DNA of 64,000 bases from Octopus vulgaris (Eukaryota), in NCBI GenBank assembly GCA_951406725.2, contig OX597830.1:44702001-44766000 (forward strand). Direction: 5' to 3'. Below the pieces are notes generated by a model, which was given only the letters and a program-made list of their open reading frames with translations, did not search any database and had not been told where the DNA came from. The position numbers and the translations under genes are program-made. Shown here in pieces: positions 40,283-53,820 of this stretch (its first letter is position 1; every line of letters begins with the position of its first letter).

Positions 40283-41262
40283 AGATTGTCTCTTCTTTCC
40301 AAACTCTGACAGGTGAGGGAAGAACTCTCCTGTTCAAAACCTATGGGTGTTGTTATCAGGCGTTGGATGGTTATACGAAGGTAGGAATGCACTGGTCTTA
40401 CCAAATGGTCGCTTTTATATTGTGGCAAAAGCATTACTTATAGTTCTTATGAGCTGTTGCGTCTATACATTTTGTAGAGAAGAGTCACTACAGCAGTGTG
40501 TCTCCCGTGTTGAAGGGATATGAAAGGAACGTTCACAGATTTTCTTGATTTCCTTAATATAGTCACGTTTGTATTGGGGCTCAGGCAGTCACAAGAGTAT
40601 TTCTTTTTACCTCAGTGTTGGGATTTCGTTGCTGTATTTATGCTCTGATTCACATCAATCATTAACCAACACACTGTTCTTTTCTGTTTTTATTCTCATT
40701 CAAATTATGTAAACTCCACCCTTCTTACTATATTCTGTAGTCTGACATAATATACTGTGTTCAGTTCAACTGGTTAATCTTGATTCACTCCTTGTTAAAA
40801 CACTATTTCTAACTAAATATAGTTTAAATGGATACATATAATAACACTTGTTATCTTACAACTTATAAAACCACTTCGATATGAATACCTTAAGATGTAG
40901 CTCAATATGGTTCTTAAATTGTTATTTTTCATGTTCTTAAACTGATATTTTCGGTTACTTATATTTATGCCAAATATTTATACTATATTCTTTTATACAA
41001 GTATATATATGTGTGTGTGTGTGTGTGCGTGTCTGTATTTATGTGGGTGTGTGTGCGTGTGTGTGTATGTGTGTGCATGTATATATATATATATTAAATT
41101 AGAGATAAAACCACTATTAGGCAAATCAAACAGTGAAAATCATAAACCAAAACAGAAATAAATTTAATTAATATAATATACAAAATTTAAATTATTTAAA
41201 TTAAAAGTTAAAAATTAAAAAATGTTTAAATTATTAATTTATACTTATAAATTTATATATAT

Positions 41263-41421
41263 AGGCGCAGGAGTGGCTGTGTGGTAAGTAGCTTGCTAAC
41301 CAACCACATGGTTCGGGTTCAGTCCCACTGCGCAAGTGTCTTCTGCTATAGCCCCGGGCCGACCAATGCCTTGTGAGTGGATTTGGCAGACGGAAACTGA
41401 AAGAAGCCTGTCGTATATATG

Positions 41422-41452
<31 letters not shown>

Positions 41453-41515
41453 GTGTTTGTGTGTCTGTGTTTGTCCCCCTAGATTTCCTTGACAACCGAT
41501 GGTGGTGTGTTTATG
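41263..41515 (+). mobile_element. SINE family A, 3'-truncated
   Basis: Head and central part match other copies; ends at ggtgtgtttatgt. Confidence 0.85.
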
Positions 41516-41936
41516 TAAGTGGCTTGAGAGGTCTTTATAGAGACCACAAAATAATTAATTAATTAAGTAAAGAAGAGGTATTAAATTAATTCTACATAAT
41601 AGTAATCTTCTTTTAATATTTAAATTGATCTATATACACTTTTAGTTAATTTAGCTATGATATCACATTCGTGAATTTTTTAAACTTTATTTTATTTTCA
41701 TATAACATAACAATATTGTTTATAAACGTTCTCCCATTGAACCTCTAATATTTTCCTCAATCTCATTATAGCATTTTAATGTCACCCCTACCCTACCTCT
41801 TTTATAGACAGCTACTTCTATCTAATTGACTCTTTCTAAAGTTTTGTTTCTTTTTTTCTTGAGGGTAAAGGGGTACCTGTGATAATATCTATGACCAGTA
41901 GCTAGCCATGAACTCACTTTTGCTCTTTATCCTAAA

Positions 41937-42012
41937 CTAGCAGAGATACCCGGCGTTGCCCGGTTACATTCAATAGAAGAATTAGACTTTTCTGTTATAT
42001 ATATATATATGG

Positions 42013-42049
<37 letters not shown>

Positions 42050-44717
42050 TATATGTATATTAATATAAATACATGAAAGTACATGAAGTTTGTTAAAAAA
42101 AAGGGGATCATGTATATACCTCCTGGCTGTTGAGATTATAACACCTCGTTGTAAACAATGTTCCTTGTTTTTCCTTGTGGAGCATATACAAAAAGGTTTC
42201 TTTTGGTTCCTACTCTTGAGCTGCCAACATACAGTTGCCTATGCGAGAAGCAGGGCTCTTCCAAGAGAAGACCAGCTACAGAGAGGGTTTGACCCTGAGA
42301 TTTGTTAATGGACATGGCAAAGCTGACACGAAGGGGGAATTGCAGTCTTCTGAATGTAAATGGAATTTCTGCTCCTGATGGGGTAAGAGGAAATCTTGGA
42401 ATAAAGGCGTCATCACCTTTTCCACATCCAGAAAGAATGATCGCCTCGATGACGTGTAATATCATTTTCTTTATCACCAGTCGTGTTCCATTTCAAAATC
42501 TTGGTGGTTCCAGATTGCGGAGTAGCATTACAGGAGTTCCAACTTTAATATGGTAATATACGTGGAGGTAGTCGAGGAGGGCTCCAGTGAATTGAGAAAT
42601 TCAGGAGGATAGTTCACAACTTCATTTATATCTGGAATTGTATCAACAGACTTGTAAGTGTGTATAGTGCCGGGAAGAGAATGCATTAGCTGTTGATTAA
42701 TTTTTTTAACAGCGACGTTTTTTGGAGCTAATATTGCTCTTTCACACAGCCAATTGTGATTTTGGTAGTTTTGTGTGAAGTTGGGAAAGACTTTGTTTTT
42801 GAGGTCATCTACAGAATTAACAACAGAGAAAAATGACCACACTTCCATTTGTTCTGCAGCATCGAGAGGCATCTTGCCTTCACCAAGTGTCAAAATGTTC
42901 TGTGCAAACTTTGTGGACATTTTGTCGCCGTGTAGCTGAGCTCTCATGTTAGTGGTGAGACTAAAGATTGTAATATGATGCCACAGGGTAGAGGACTTTA
43001 GGCATGCTTGAACTTCATCAGCTTTAGTGCCTTTCGGAATGACAGGAAGAGTTTGCCTGAAATCACCTGACAACAGAAGCGTTACACCTCCCATTGGAGC
43101 CTGACAGTCTCGGATGTCTTTCAGGGCTCTATCTAATGCTTTCAAAGCTCCCTTGTGAGCCATAGTGCACTCATCCCAGACAATTACATAACACATTTTA
43201 AGTACTTGTCCCTGATCTGAGCTTTTGTTGATGTTGCATGAAGGCATTTCGGATGCTGCTAAATTGAGAGGGAGTTTAAAAGTTGAGTGTGCTGCCCTGC
43301 CACCGGGTAACAAAGTAGCTGCAATGCCAGAGGAGGCTACAGCTACTGCAATGTCCTGATGCTACCTAAATTCTGCAAGGAGAAGCTTTGTAATAAATGC
43401 TTTTCCTGTCCCTCCAGGAGCATCGAGGAAGAAGATTCGTCCTTTGCGTTGACGTACACTGTTAAGAATAGTTCTGTAGGCCTGCAGCTGGTCCGGAAGT
43501 AATTTAGGCTCATTTTCAACAATGTACTTTGAAAGCGCTTGAGTGTCGTAGGTTGTATATATGTATAATATCCACTGAGAAGGCTTTTGTTGTTCTGAAG
43601 CTACAGCAGAGGACACATGCCAAGTCACCACACAGTGGGACTGAACCCAGGACCATGTGTTTGGAACGTAGTTTGTTACCACACAGCCACACCTGCCCCT
43701 ATGTATGTGTGTGTGTGTGCGTATGTGTGTATGGGTAGATATATTATCCATGTATATATATGTATATATATGTGTGTACATATTACATGTACATCTATAT
43801 ATATACATCTACACATAAAATACAAAATACTAAGTTATATCTTGATATCGCTAGTGATAACAATACTCAAAATATATAACAGACTGGAATTGTAGGCCCG
43901 TCTCTTGTAATTTCGATCAATTGGATCTTGTCCTCCCTCTTGTATAGAAGTGTACGGCTGCAGCGAAATTCATTATTGGATTTTCTTCTATCGAAGGCAT
44001 TTAAACAAAAATCCTTCCGTAAAGACGGTGAAAATATTGTCAATTTCCCCAAACAGGGACACAATTCAATTTTTAAACAATAACCAAAGCTCCTTCTCCG
44101 AAAGTTTACAGTTATTTAACAAATGCAACACAACAACGTTTCCCTGACGAGGAACCAACAAACGTGATTACAATAGTTAAACAGTAATAATAACAACAAA
44201 CCTTTTTAATTTATCCCCATTTATGTGAAACCACTTATTCAAGTTCAAGTCATTGATGCAATATTATACGAATTGCTAATACACACACACACATAATAAG
44301 GGTGAAAAATTGAATATTAATTTGATTAATATGAATTGAAAACCAGTGGTGTAACATAATACCATAGCATATCTTCCTCTAGCAAAAACGATGACCACTA
44401 TTAATGGCTCATCCCTATTATATAATACTTTCACTTTAATAGTTTCACACCTGCAAAGAGAAAGTAGGAGAAAGTGTGGTGGTAATAGCAACAGTAAACC
44501 ACTTGAAATGAGAGAGGCAAATCGTAAAATATTGAGTTTTCTTGAATTTTTACTTAATTGGGGGTCAAATTGAAAAAATCTTTACATGCCATGACCCAAT
44601 CGAATCTACTTGGAAAAATCATAGGTAAATTCCAATTGAAGAAATTCTATATCGTAGAATTGTACTAAAAAGAAGCATGGGAACAGACAGAGAAAATCTG
44701 CCTTTTATCATAAGAGA
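41937..44717 (-). mobile_element. Non-autonomous Helitron with Pif1-like helicase remnant
   Basis: FLDAPGGTGK, LLPGGRAAHSTFKLP, IVWDECTMAH, LSGDFRQTLPV, RLQFPLRVSFAMSINKSQGQT, FSHRQLYVGSSRV (42136-43530). The 3' end has hairpin ccgggcaacgccgg plus CTAG|T at 41937-41963. A putative 5' A|TC lies at 44717. Confidence 0.88.
43575..43698 (-). mobile_element. Degenerate SINE family A head fragment inside the Helitron
   Basis: gggcaggtgtggctgtgtggtaac...gggttcagtcccactgtgtggtgacttggc on the minus strand. Confidence 0.7.
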
Positions 44718-45061
44718 TGTACACAGTCTTCTAGTCTTAGATTTTAGTTGATGATAAAGAGATAGATAAACTGGAAGTAAATTATGACCCTATGACCACC
44801 ATTGTGTTCCATACTGTTCTTAGAAATTGTAGTCTGTTCTCTTAGCAATTCTTGCTACAATAGCGACAGCATGAATTTCTTCCATCCCCTTGCTCTGTTA
44901 AAATATCTAAGAAAAATTTTATTAATGTATATTGTCTGTTGAAGTTCTATATTTGTGCATAATAATAGCCAAAAAATTATTATTATTATTTGCTATTATT
45001 ATTAATAGTGTTATTATTATTATTTTATTATTGTTGTTATTAACACGAACCGCGCCATTTC

Positions 45062-45255
<194 letters not shown>

Positions 45256-45534
45256 ATGTTTATATCGTTTTTTTATTAATTATCTCCCAATATTTGTTTT
45301 TTTCCTTTTGCAAAATGTTTATTAGTTAAATTGAAAATAGTTTTTACTATGTTATTTTTATTTGCATATCGAAAGGGATTATTAACCATAAAGTATCTAT
45401 CTCATTATTTTCCTTATAAAGGTTTCTTATATTATGTGTAAATTCTCTGTTATTCTTATTTTTATATTTAATAATATTCTTTTTGTTATAATTATTTCTA
45501 TTATTACTAATGATTTTATTATTGTTATAATCAT

Positions 45535-46178
45535 TGTTGAGATGGATTTGTGTATCATGAATACAATGTTTCAACGAAAGAGTAAGTGTAAAACGACATG
45601 GATGCACCCTGGTTCTAAGAAATGGCACCTTGTAGATTACATACTCTCCAGAATACGAGATACTAGGGACTTTGCTATTGTACCAGTGATATGTGGTATA
45701 GAGTGCTGGACTGATCATAGGCTTTTGCGTGCCAAGGTGAATTTTGCTCTCAAGCCTATGGTTAGAGCAAATAATGACAAGTTACCTAATCGGATTGATG
45801 TCAATAAATTTAAGACTCCATCAGTACGCAATGAGTTTGTGATGGGAGTTGTGATGGAATTTGTTCTGTGGTGGAAGCTGGAAGTCATTCAAAGAAAGAG
45901 TGTACAAGATTTGTAGTAACATTCTTGGGTTTGTTGCAAAAAAACACCAAGATTGGTTTGACAATAATGATGAAGTTAGTTTTATCTTAGAGGAGAAGCA
46001 AAAGGCATTTAACATGTTGCAAAATATTGACCTGTCAGCAAACAGGACAGTGGCTACACACTTCAAGGCAGTAAAAGCAACAGTGCAGACGAAGCTGAGG
46101 ATGATGCAGGAAAATTGATGGAGTGATAGATGCAATGAAATCCAAGAAGTTTCAAATGCTAACAATTCCAAACTTTTT

Positions 46179-46219
<41 letters not shown>

Positions 46220-47125
46220 TTTTCTCTCTCTCTCTCTCTCTCTCGAAAAAAGTTTCTGGACCAGTGTCATCAAAGGTTGCGCCGCTTCGAAGCAAAGATG
46301 GTACAGAATTATTAACAAATCCTAAAGATATTGTTGAGAGATGGAAAGAAGATTTTGACGATTTGCTCAATAGACCCACTAAAGTTGACCTCTCTTTTCT
46401 TGATAATATATCTGAGAGACCAACAACACATCTTATAGCAGAAGTTCCAAACCTGGTTGAAATAAAAGCAGCAATCAGGAAATTGAACAATAGAAATGCT
46501 CATGGCATGGATGGACTAGGTACAGAGATATCTAAATATGGTGGTGATCATCACTGTACAATGTTGACGGATGTGATTCAGAGGGTTTGGCATAGTGAAG
46601 AAGTTCCTCCGGATTGGCGTGATGCAACTATGGAAACGATGTCTGTGATAATTATCGCGGCATCTGTCTGTTAGCTGTTGCTGGAAAGGCCCTTTGTAGG
46701 GTATTGCTGGACAGATTGTTTCTGCACATTGCTGATGAGGTTCTACCAGAATCGCAATGTGAGTTTAGGGATAGTAGGAGTACTATGGATATGATATTTT
46801 TAGCAAGAGAAGTGCATCGAACAGGATATGGACTTATACCTGATTTTCAATGATCTAAGAAAAGCGTTTGATTCTATCAATGGAATTGCACTTTCGGAGA
46901 TCCTGAAAAAGCTAGGATTCCCTGAAAAATTTGTAAGAATGCTTAGACAATTACATGACAATATGAAAGTGAGAGCTAATGTTGGAGGTACCTTATCAGA
47001 TCCAATTTCTCTAGAAAATGGTGTAAAACAAGGTGATATTCCTGCTCCGACATTGTTTGCTATGTATTTTGCAATAGTCTCTCAAATAGCTTTTGAAGAT
47101 TGCACTGAAGTGATCTATATAATAT
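45535..47125 (+). mobile_element. RTE LINE remnant, EN C-terminus to RT (inverted relative to its 5' part)
   Basis: LCIMNTMFQ, TTWMHPGSKKWHLVDYIL, ECWTDHRL, HQDWFDNN, VPPDWRDA, FNDLRKAFDSI, NGVKQGDIPAPTLF. Confidence 0.9.
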
Positions 47126-47930
47126 ATAGTTGGAGCATATGCACTAATGAGTGTTGCATAGCGACCTTTTCTTAATGGAGGTCTTGAAGACATCAAACGA
47201 TCAGAATTATCACAAGGTTTGAAACCAAAGTGGTTTTGATAGTAAATCCCACTCTTGATTCTCTCTTATAGGTCTCCTCTCTACTGCTCCAAAATAAATG
47301 ATACACAGCAGATTTCTCTACCAAACCCCACTTTCCATGAATTTTTGTTTCGGCTAACTCTACGACATTCATGTCGCTGTAACTCTTTTTCAACAAGCGC
47401 GGATCTCCTCTCCGGACGAGATTTCAGACAATCATTGTCTAACATTCGAACATTCCAACATCCTATATTCATAGGCTTGCATCTTCACCTGAATTTACTC
47501 ACAGTTGCAAGATGACGACCAGACCCAGGTTGCCGTGCCCTGGGACACCTGCCGGGCAAAACCACAAAACAAAATGTTCCAGATCCCTTTTTGTCATTTG
47601 CTTCAGTATCAATATGAACTTTCATTGTTTAGTTGTGCCTTTTTAAGTTTTGGCCAACCATGTACATACAAGATGTTCATTTTCTTTTCCTCTCCAGCAA
47701 TACCTGTGCCTGACACATTTTAAAATGAGGAAGAGTGTTGCACAGCAACCATTCCCTCTCTCTAAACTACAATGCATGAGCCAAATAATAAGTCGACATA
47801 ATTGGGTGCATTTGCAGTCGCAGATTTTATATCCGAGTGTCCTTCTCTGAGTCTTTGCTCAGCCAAATGCTAACTACAAGACAGCAGTGAAGTATTTAAA
47901 TTCAGAGTTACTTTCTCCTAGATAGACTAC
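47126..47930 (-). mobile_element. RTE LINE 5' UTR and EN N-terminus
   Basis: MNIGCWNVRML, RPERRSALV, ESRVGFTIK, YATLISAYAPT on the minus strand. The 5' boundary is approximate. Confidence 0.85.
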
Positions 47931-48334
47931 CTTCGCGACGACTTGGGTAAGCAGAGGAACCCTATCCAACCTTCATCTATTTATTTAAGAAACAAAAAAT
48001 AAAATTAAGAATAAAATTGACATACAATATATACAATGTAAAACACAATATGCAATATGCACACAAACAGCTTGAAATACAATATATACAGTACATACAG
48101 ATAGGCACACAGTTTTTAAATGCAATATTTACAATACATACACACAAACTTAAACACTCCACACGCACCACCACAAACATACGTTGTTGAATGGCCGTTG
48201 ACTACTCTGTAGTTCCTCCGCCCTTTGACATGTCTTATTTTCTGTCCCGCAGGGCATCCAGCAAATACCCACCTCACCAAGCAAGCCATTGTGGGGTTAC
48301 CGGTTTAGTCGCCGACAACCCGACCATATAACAG

Positions 48335-50925
48335 GTTGTACTACCGAAAGGTGTTTGATAGCATTCCCCACTCATGTATCCTAGAAACACTAGCCATGAA
48401 CAAGGTGGCACTAATAATCATAAAATGTATAACATATTCCATAAATAAATGGCACACCTTGCTACAGCTCCAAACAAAAGAGGGATTCATAAAAACCAAA
48501 GCCATCCCCATTAGAAGAGGAATATTCCAGGGAGACACGCTCTCTCCACTCCTTATATGTTTCACACTGACACCTTTATCTGACAGAACTGAAAGCGGAT
48601 ACAACTGTTACGGCAAAACAATCAGCCACCTCTTATATATGGATGACCTAAAACTGTAGACTACAAATGATAAACACCAGGAATCATTACTACAGACAGT
48701 ACATGGATTTACCAAACAAATAAATATGAAATTTGGCTTAGAAAAATGTGCTAAAGCAACCTTGAAAAGATGGGATCTACTTAAGAGTAGCATCATCACA
48801 CTAGATAAAGCGAATGAAATAAGAGAATTAGACCAAAGTTAGACATACAAATATTTAGGAATCAATGAATTAGATACGATACAACACACACAAATGAAGA
48901 AGAAAATAAAAAAAGAATACTATATAGGAGTTAGATTAATACTGAAAACAGAGCTCAATGCGAGAAACAAGATATTAAGTATCAACACTCTAAACGTCCC
49001 AGTTACAGCTACAATATCCTTAACTGGACACTAAATGAACTAACCAAAATAGAGAGGTAAGCAAGAAAAATGATGGCAGGCTCTAGGATGCACCACCCAC
49101 AATCTGACATAGGAAGGCTATATGTACAACATATAGAAGGTGGTAGAGGCCTTATACAGCTAGAAAACTATTACAAATTAACCACCATATGACTGTAAAT
49201 ATATCTACTTCTGAAGCAAAGAAAACTAATACATATAGCCACAAAACACGAACAAAACAAAAACCTGTTTTCAGACATTAAGGAAACTGACAAATACAAA
49301 CAAGACGTCATACTGCCTAACAACTATGAAGAAGAAAAAGAAGAAACAACAAAAGCTTTAAAACAAATGAAATCCAAACTCAAACTGGAGCAGCAACGGA
49401 CCATGATAAAACGATGGCAAGAAAAGCCCCTTCATGGCAAATACTGGGCTAAACTAAACGCAAAAGAAATAAACAAAACAAAATCCCAGCAATGGCTGAG
49501 AAGCTCAGAACTCAAAGCAGAGACTGGAGGATTTTTAATTGCAGCACCAGACAAAAGCCTCCCCATAAGAAATTACCAAAAACATATAGTGAAAAGAAAC
49601 AGCAAATAACTGCAGAACATGTGGAGATGGGCAAGAACCAATAAATCATATTGTGTTGGCTGCCCAGTCCTGGCTAAGAGGGAATATATTCACGCAATGG
49701 AATAACAACAGAAAAAAGATGGTATAGGCACACGCCAGAAGAGGTCACCGAAAATGAGAAAGCAACAACACTATGGGATGTTCCAATACACACAGTAAGG
49801 GAAATTAAGGCCAATAGGCCAGATATAGTTGTCCGAGATCATGAAGTAAAAATATTCTTTCTAATTTATGTATCAATACTAAAAGATGACAACGTTTCTC
49901 TAAAGGAAATGGAGAAACTTTCAAAATACAAAGACCTGGAAATACAGGTAAGTCCAATGTGGAGTCTAAAAACAGAAACAATTCGTCTCATAGTGGGCGC
50001 ATTAGATATGATAAAAAAATATATAACAAAAACACCAGGACTAACAAATATATATATATTTCTTTATTGCCCACAATGGGCGAAACATAGAGGGGACAAA
50101 CAAGGACAGACAAAGGGATTAAGTCGTTTACATCGACCCCAGTGCGTAACTGGTACTTAATTTATTGACCCCGAAAGGATGCAAGGCAAAGTCGACCTCG
50201 GCGGAATTTGAACTCAACGTAAGGACAGACGAAATACGGCTACGCATTTCGCCCGGCAAGCTAACGTTTCTGCCAGCTCGCCGCCTTAGCATACAGAAAA
50301 TAGCACTACTAGGCACTGCCACATCCTACATAAAATACTTTCAATACAGTAACTAAAAGAGCAACACAGCAGACCACAGCATATACCCAAGGCACACAGA
50401 GCTGTGCTTCTGATCTTAACTGATTGGAAGTGTTATCATGTACATTGTTTTGTTTTGGTATAAAAGATGGGCTACAGCAAATATTCTGTTCAATACCACA
50501 GATTTGCTTGTGAGTTGTTTCACCTTAACCATATGACCATGTCTCTTAGTGGCTGACGATATGTGCATCTCTGATCACGAGCAGAAGTAGTGGGGGAGCA
50601 TCATAGCCATGTGTTGAAAGGAATTCTTAGCGGTTTGAAAACTTCACCCTTGGAAACATGAGTGTTTAGTTCAACATCCTTAAACAACCCTTATTCAGGG
50701 ACCCTTTGAACAGGACGGGCTACTTGGCCTGAAGAAAGTTCTAACTGGACCCCACCTGCAAGGTCATGTGCTGTTTATCTTGATATGAAATCATGTCGCG
50801 AACATATGGTTGTAATGCATGTGCCTGGTGCACCCTTATCAGACGGGTAGTCATGATGGGTATACTGGGCTTCGTATATTTTACCCCATTGTCACTTTGA
50901 TGGCATGCACTGCTCTCTCACTCAA
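48335..50925 (+). mobile_element. R4/Dong-like RLE retrotransposon remnant (RT, CCHC knuckle, PD-(D/E)xK nuclease, 3' UTR ending in (AAT)n)
   Basis: KVFDSIPHS, RGIFQGDTLSPLL, HLLYMDDLKL, RWQEKPLHG, CRTCGDGQEPINH...GCPVL, ANRPDIV, KYKDLE, IVGALDMI. The 3' end reads ctgctctctcactc(aat)n. Confidence 0.88.
50058..50287 (-). mobile_element. tRNA-headed SINE, family B, inserted in the R4-like ORF; fragments also at ~5930-6055, ~6450-6545 and ~52320-52380
   Basis: Minus-strand head ggcggcgagctggcagaaacgttagc...gagttcaaattccgccgaggtcgac (A/B-box-like). The insertion interrupts the C-terminal LTNIY...IQKIALLGT reading. Confidence 0.82.
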
Positions 50926-51010
50926 TAATAATAATAATAATGATAACAACAACAACAACAGCAGCAGCAGCAGCAACAACAACAACAACAACAACAGCAA
51001 CAACAACAAC

Positions 51011-51064
<54 letters not shown>

Positions 51065-51065
<1 letters not shown>

Positions 51066-51755
51066 CAGAGTATCTCAACAGGTTTGATAGAGAGCACAAT
51101 ATGCTTACTAGGTAATTTGCAAAAACCTGGACTTGCCCCATCATAGAAACTGGTGAGAACACAAACCACCTCCACTGCTTGAAAATGATCTCATCTCAGT
51201 CCTCTCGACCTCTCGAATTTTACCATTCAAACTGACCAGAAAGATACATGCGAATAGGCCAGACATTACATTGAAAGACTTCAGACAAAAATCATGCCTC
51301 TTCATTGACTGTCTCAATTGATATAAACGTATCTGTCAAGACCTACCAAGAACTGAGCAAGTATAAAGATCTTGAAACAGAAATTGGCAAAATGTGGAAC
51401 CTGAAGACTAAAACAATTCCTGTTGTCATAGGTGCCCTAGGAATGATAGCTGATTGCTACCTATCACAGATACCAGGAAACATCAAAATGGCAAATAATC
51501 AAAAGATAGTGCCCGTGAGAACTGCCCATATCCTGCGTAATATACTGTCTATGTAATCTCATGTTTTAAAACAAACACACACTTTTCTTATTATTTCTTA
51601 AGCATTCTCTAGAACAATACTATGTGCAAAACCAAATATATGACACCCTAGGCATAACATCAAAATGAACTTTAACTTGTTGTCTCTTGAGATCTCTGCG
51701 TGAGACTTGCAGTCAACTTGCATAAATAATAAGCAAAACTCAAAATATGATTAAT
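51065..51755 (+). mobile_element. Second, 5'-truncated R4/Dong-like 3' fragment (different subfamily)
   Basis: HANRPDITLKD, KTYQELSKYKDLETEIGKMWNLKTKTIPVVIGALGMI, TAHILR. Flanked by (AAT)n-type repeats. Confidence 0.85.
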
Positions 51756-51794
51756 AATAATGATGATGATGATGATGATGATAATGATAATAAT

Positions 51795-52272
51795 ATTGTA
51801 TTGGTATAAAAGATGGGCTACAGCAAATATTCTGCTCAATACCACTGATTTGCTTGTCAGTTGTTTGACCTTAACCCGTTGACCATCTCCCTTAGTGGCT
51901 GACGATATGTGCATCTCTGACCACGAGCAGAAGTATTGGGGGAGCATCATAGCCATGTGTTAAAAGGAATTCTTAGCGGTTTGGATAATTCACCTCTGGA
52001 AACATGGGTGTTTCGTTCAACATCCTTAAACAACCCTTATTCAGGGACCTTTTGAGCAGGATGGGCTACTCAACCAGAAGAAAATTCTAACTGGGCCCCA
52101 CCTGCAAGGTCATGTGCTGATTATCTTGATATGAGATCACCACGTCACACACATATGGTTGTGATGGATGTACCTGGTGTACCTTTATCATACGAGTAGT
52201 CATGATGGGTCTATTGGGCTTCGTATATTTTACCCCAGTGTCACTTTGATGGCATGCACTGCTCTCTCACTC

Positions 52273-52318
<46 letters not shown>
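51795..52318 (+). mobile_element. Third R4/Dong-like copy, 3' UTR only, plus (AAT)n
   Basis: Diverged direct repeat of 50455-50925 (ttggtataaaagatgggctacagc...ctgctctctcactcaataat). Confidence 0.85.
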
Positions 52319-52380
52319 TTCCTTCTATAGACACACGGTCTAGTCGATTACATCGACACCAGTGTGTCACTGGTACATTT

Positions 52381-52381
52381 T

Positions 52382-52443
<62 letters not shown>

Positions 52444-52485
52444 CGGCAGCAGTGATGGTGGTGGTGGTTTTAGTAGTAGTGGTAA

Positions 52486-52529
<44 letters not shown>

Positions 52530-52690
52530 CTTTTTTGCTGCTGCTTCCGTTGTTTTGTTTTATTGATTATGCGGTAATCCACCACCACCACCCCTACCGG
52601 CCTTATCCTTGTCTTCATCCTCATCATCATCACCATCATCATCACCACCACCACCAACACAATCCCCATCATCTTCATCGTACCTGCCTG
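52381..52690. repeat. (CAG)/(TAG)/(CAC)/(CAT) trinucleotide mosaic
   Basis: Direct reading. Confidence 0.9.
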
Positions 52691-53221
52691 AATCACCAGC
52701 GTCTTCATAGTAGTTAAGAAACTGCTGTAGCTGTTCCTACTACTATAACTACCACTACAACTAATGATGATGATGAGGCCCTCCTCCCCACCAGTGACGC
52801 AATACAAATATGCTTAAGATCAATATAAAACAGACGGCGATGTCAAGAAAATATATTTATACATTTTCTTCTCAGACACTCAACACTCAACGATTCGCTC
52901 TGCAGTTTCAAGACTTTCAACATTTCAAAATGCTCAAACTATTTCGCAGGTTGTCTCTCATTTTTGGTAAGCTAAATATTCTTACATTTCTCTCCACGCA
53001 TTCCCAGTTTTCTTTTAAAATCAAACTCAATGGCAGTTTTAATGTGTTCCATGATAATATTTAGTGATTGTGTATAAATACGATGTTTTCTCTATAAAAC
53101 GATTGTGTAGAAAACTAGCGCTACACGAAGGAATTTCACAATCATTTCCAAAATGATAAAATTGTTGGAAACCTGTAAGAAACCGCAAAAATATGGAATT
53201 TCTTTGGAAATTATTTCTTCT

Positions 53222-53433
53222 TTTATCTTTTACTTGTTTCATTCATTAGAGTGCGGCCATGCTGGGGCACCGCCTTAGAGAACTTTAGTCGAATGAATTT
53301 GCCCCAGTCCTTATTGTTTTATAAGCCTGGTACTTATTGTATCGGTTCCTTAGTGACGGACTGCAATGTTACAGGCACATAAATATGCCAATACTGCTTA
53401 TCACATAGCGATGAGGGAAAACAGACACACACA

Positions 53434-53435
<2 letters not shown>
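53222..53435 (-). mobile_element. Diverged SINE family A, 3' portion
   Basis: cttttacttgtttcattcattagagtgcggccatgctggggcaccgcc... Confidence 0.7.
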
Positions 53436-53483
<48 letters not shown>

Positions 53484-53724
53484 CATAATAATATTAGGTA
53501 GTATAACTCCAAACTTACAGGGAAAAATTCAATTAAGTATTAAATCAAATTTCACAATATAAATATATAAAATATAAAATTAGAGATAAAACCACTATTA
53601 TGCAATTCAAACTATGATAGGCATAAACCAAAACATAAATAACATATAGAATATATTTTTATAAAACATATAACTAGATCACAAAAGTATAAATATGAAT
53701 GATCAATATATAATAAGTAAAAAA

Positions 53725-53820
53725 AACTACGTTTCATGGCTATAATTACATTCGAATTACAATTAAATTTAAGTTTAATTGAAATGAATTCAATTTAAAA
53801 TTATAGTCAATCTTCAGGTT
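53725..53820 (-). ncRNA. Minimal hammerhead-like motif with long AU-rich stem II
   Basis: AAC CUGAAGA uUGACUAUAAUU ... AAUUAUAGCCAu GAAA CG UA GUU. Confidence 0.55.

Noticed and set aside
43900-43940. GAUC-caauu-GAUC GAAA hairpin resembling hammerhead stem II
   Set aside because: There is no CUGANGA-like core and no stem I pairing.
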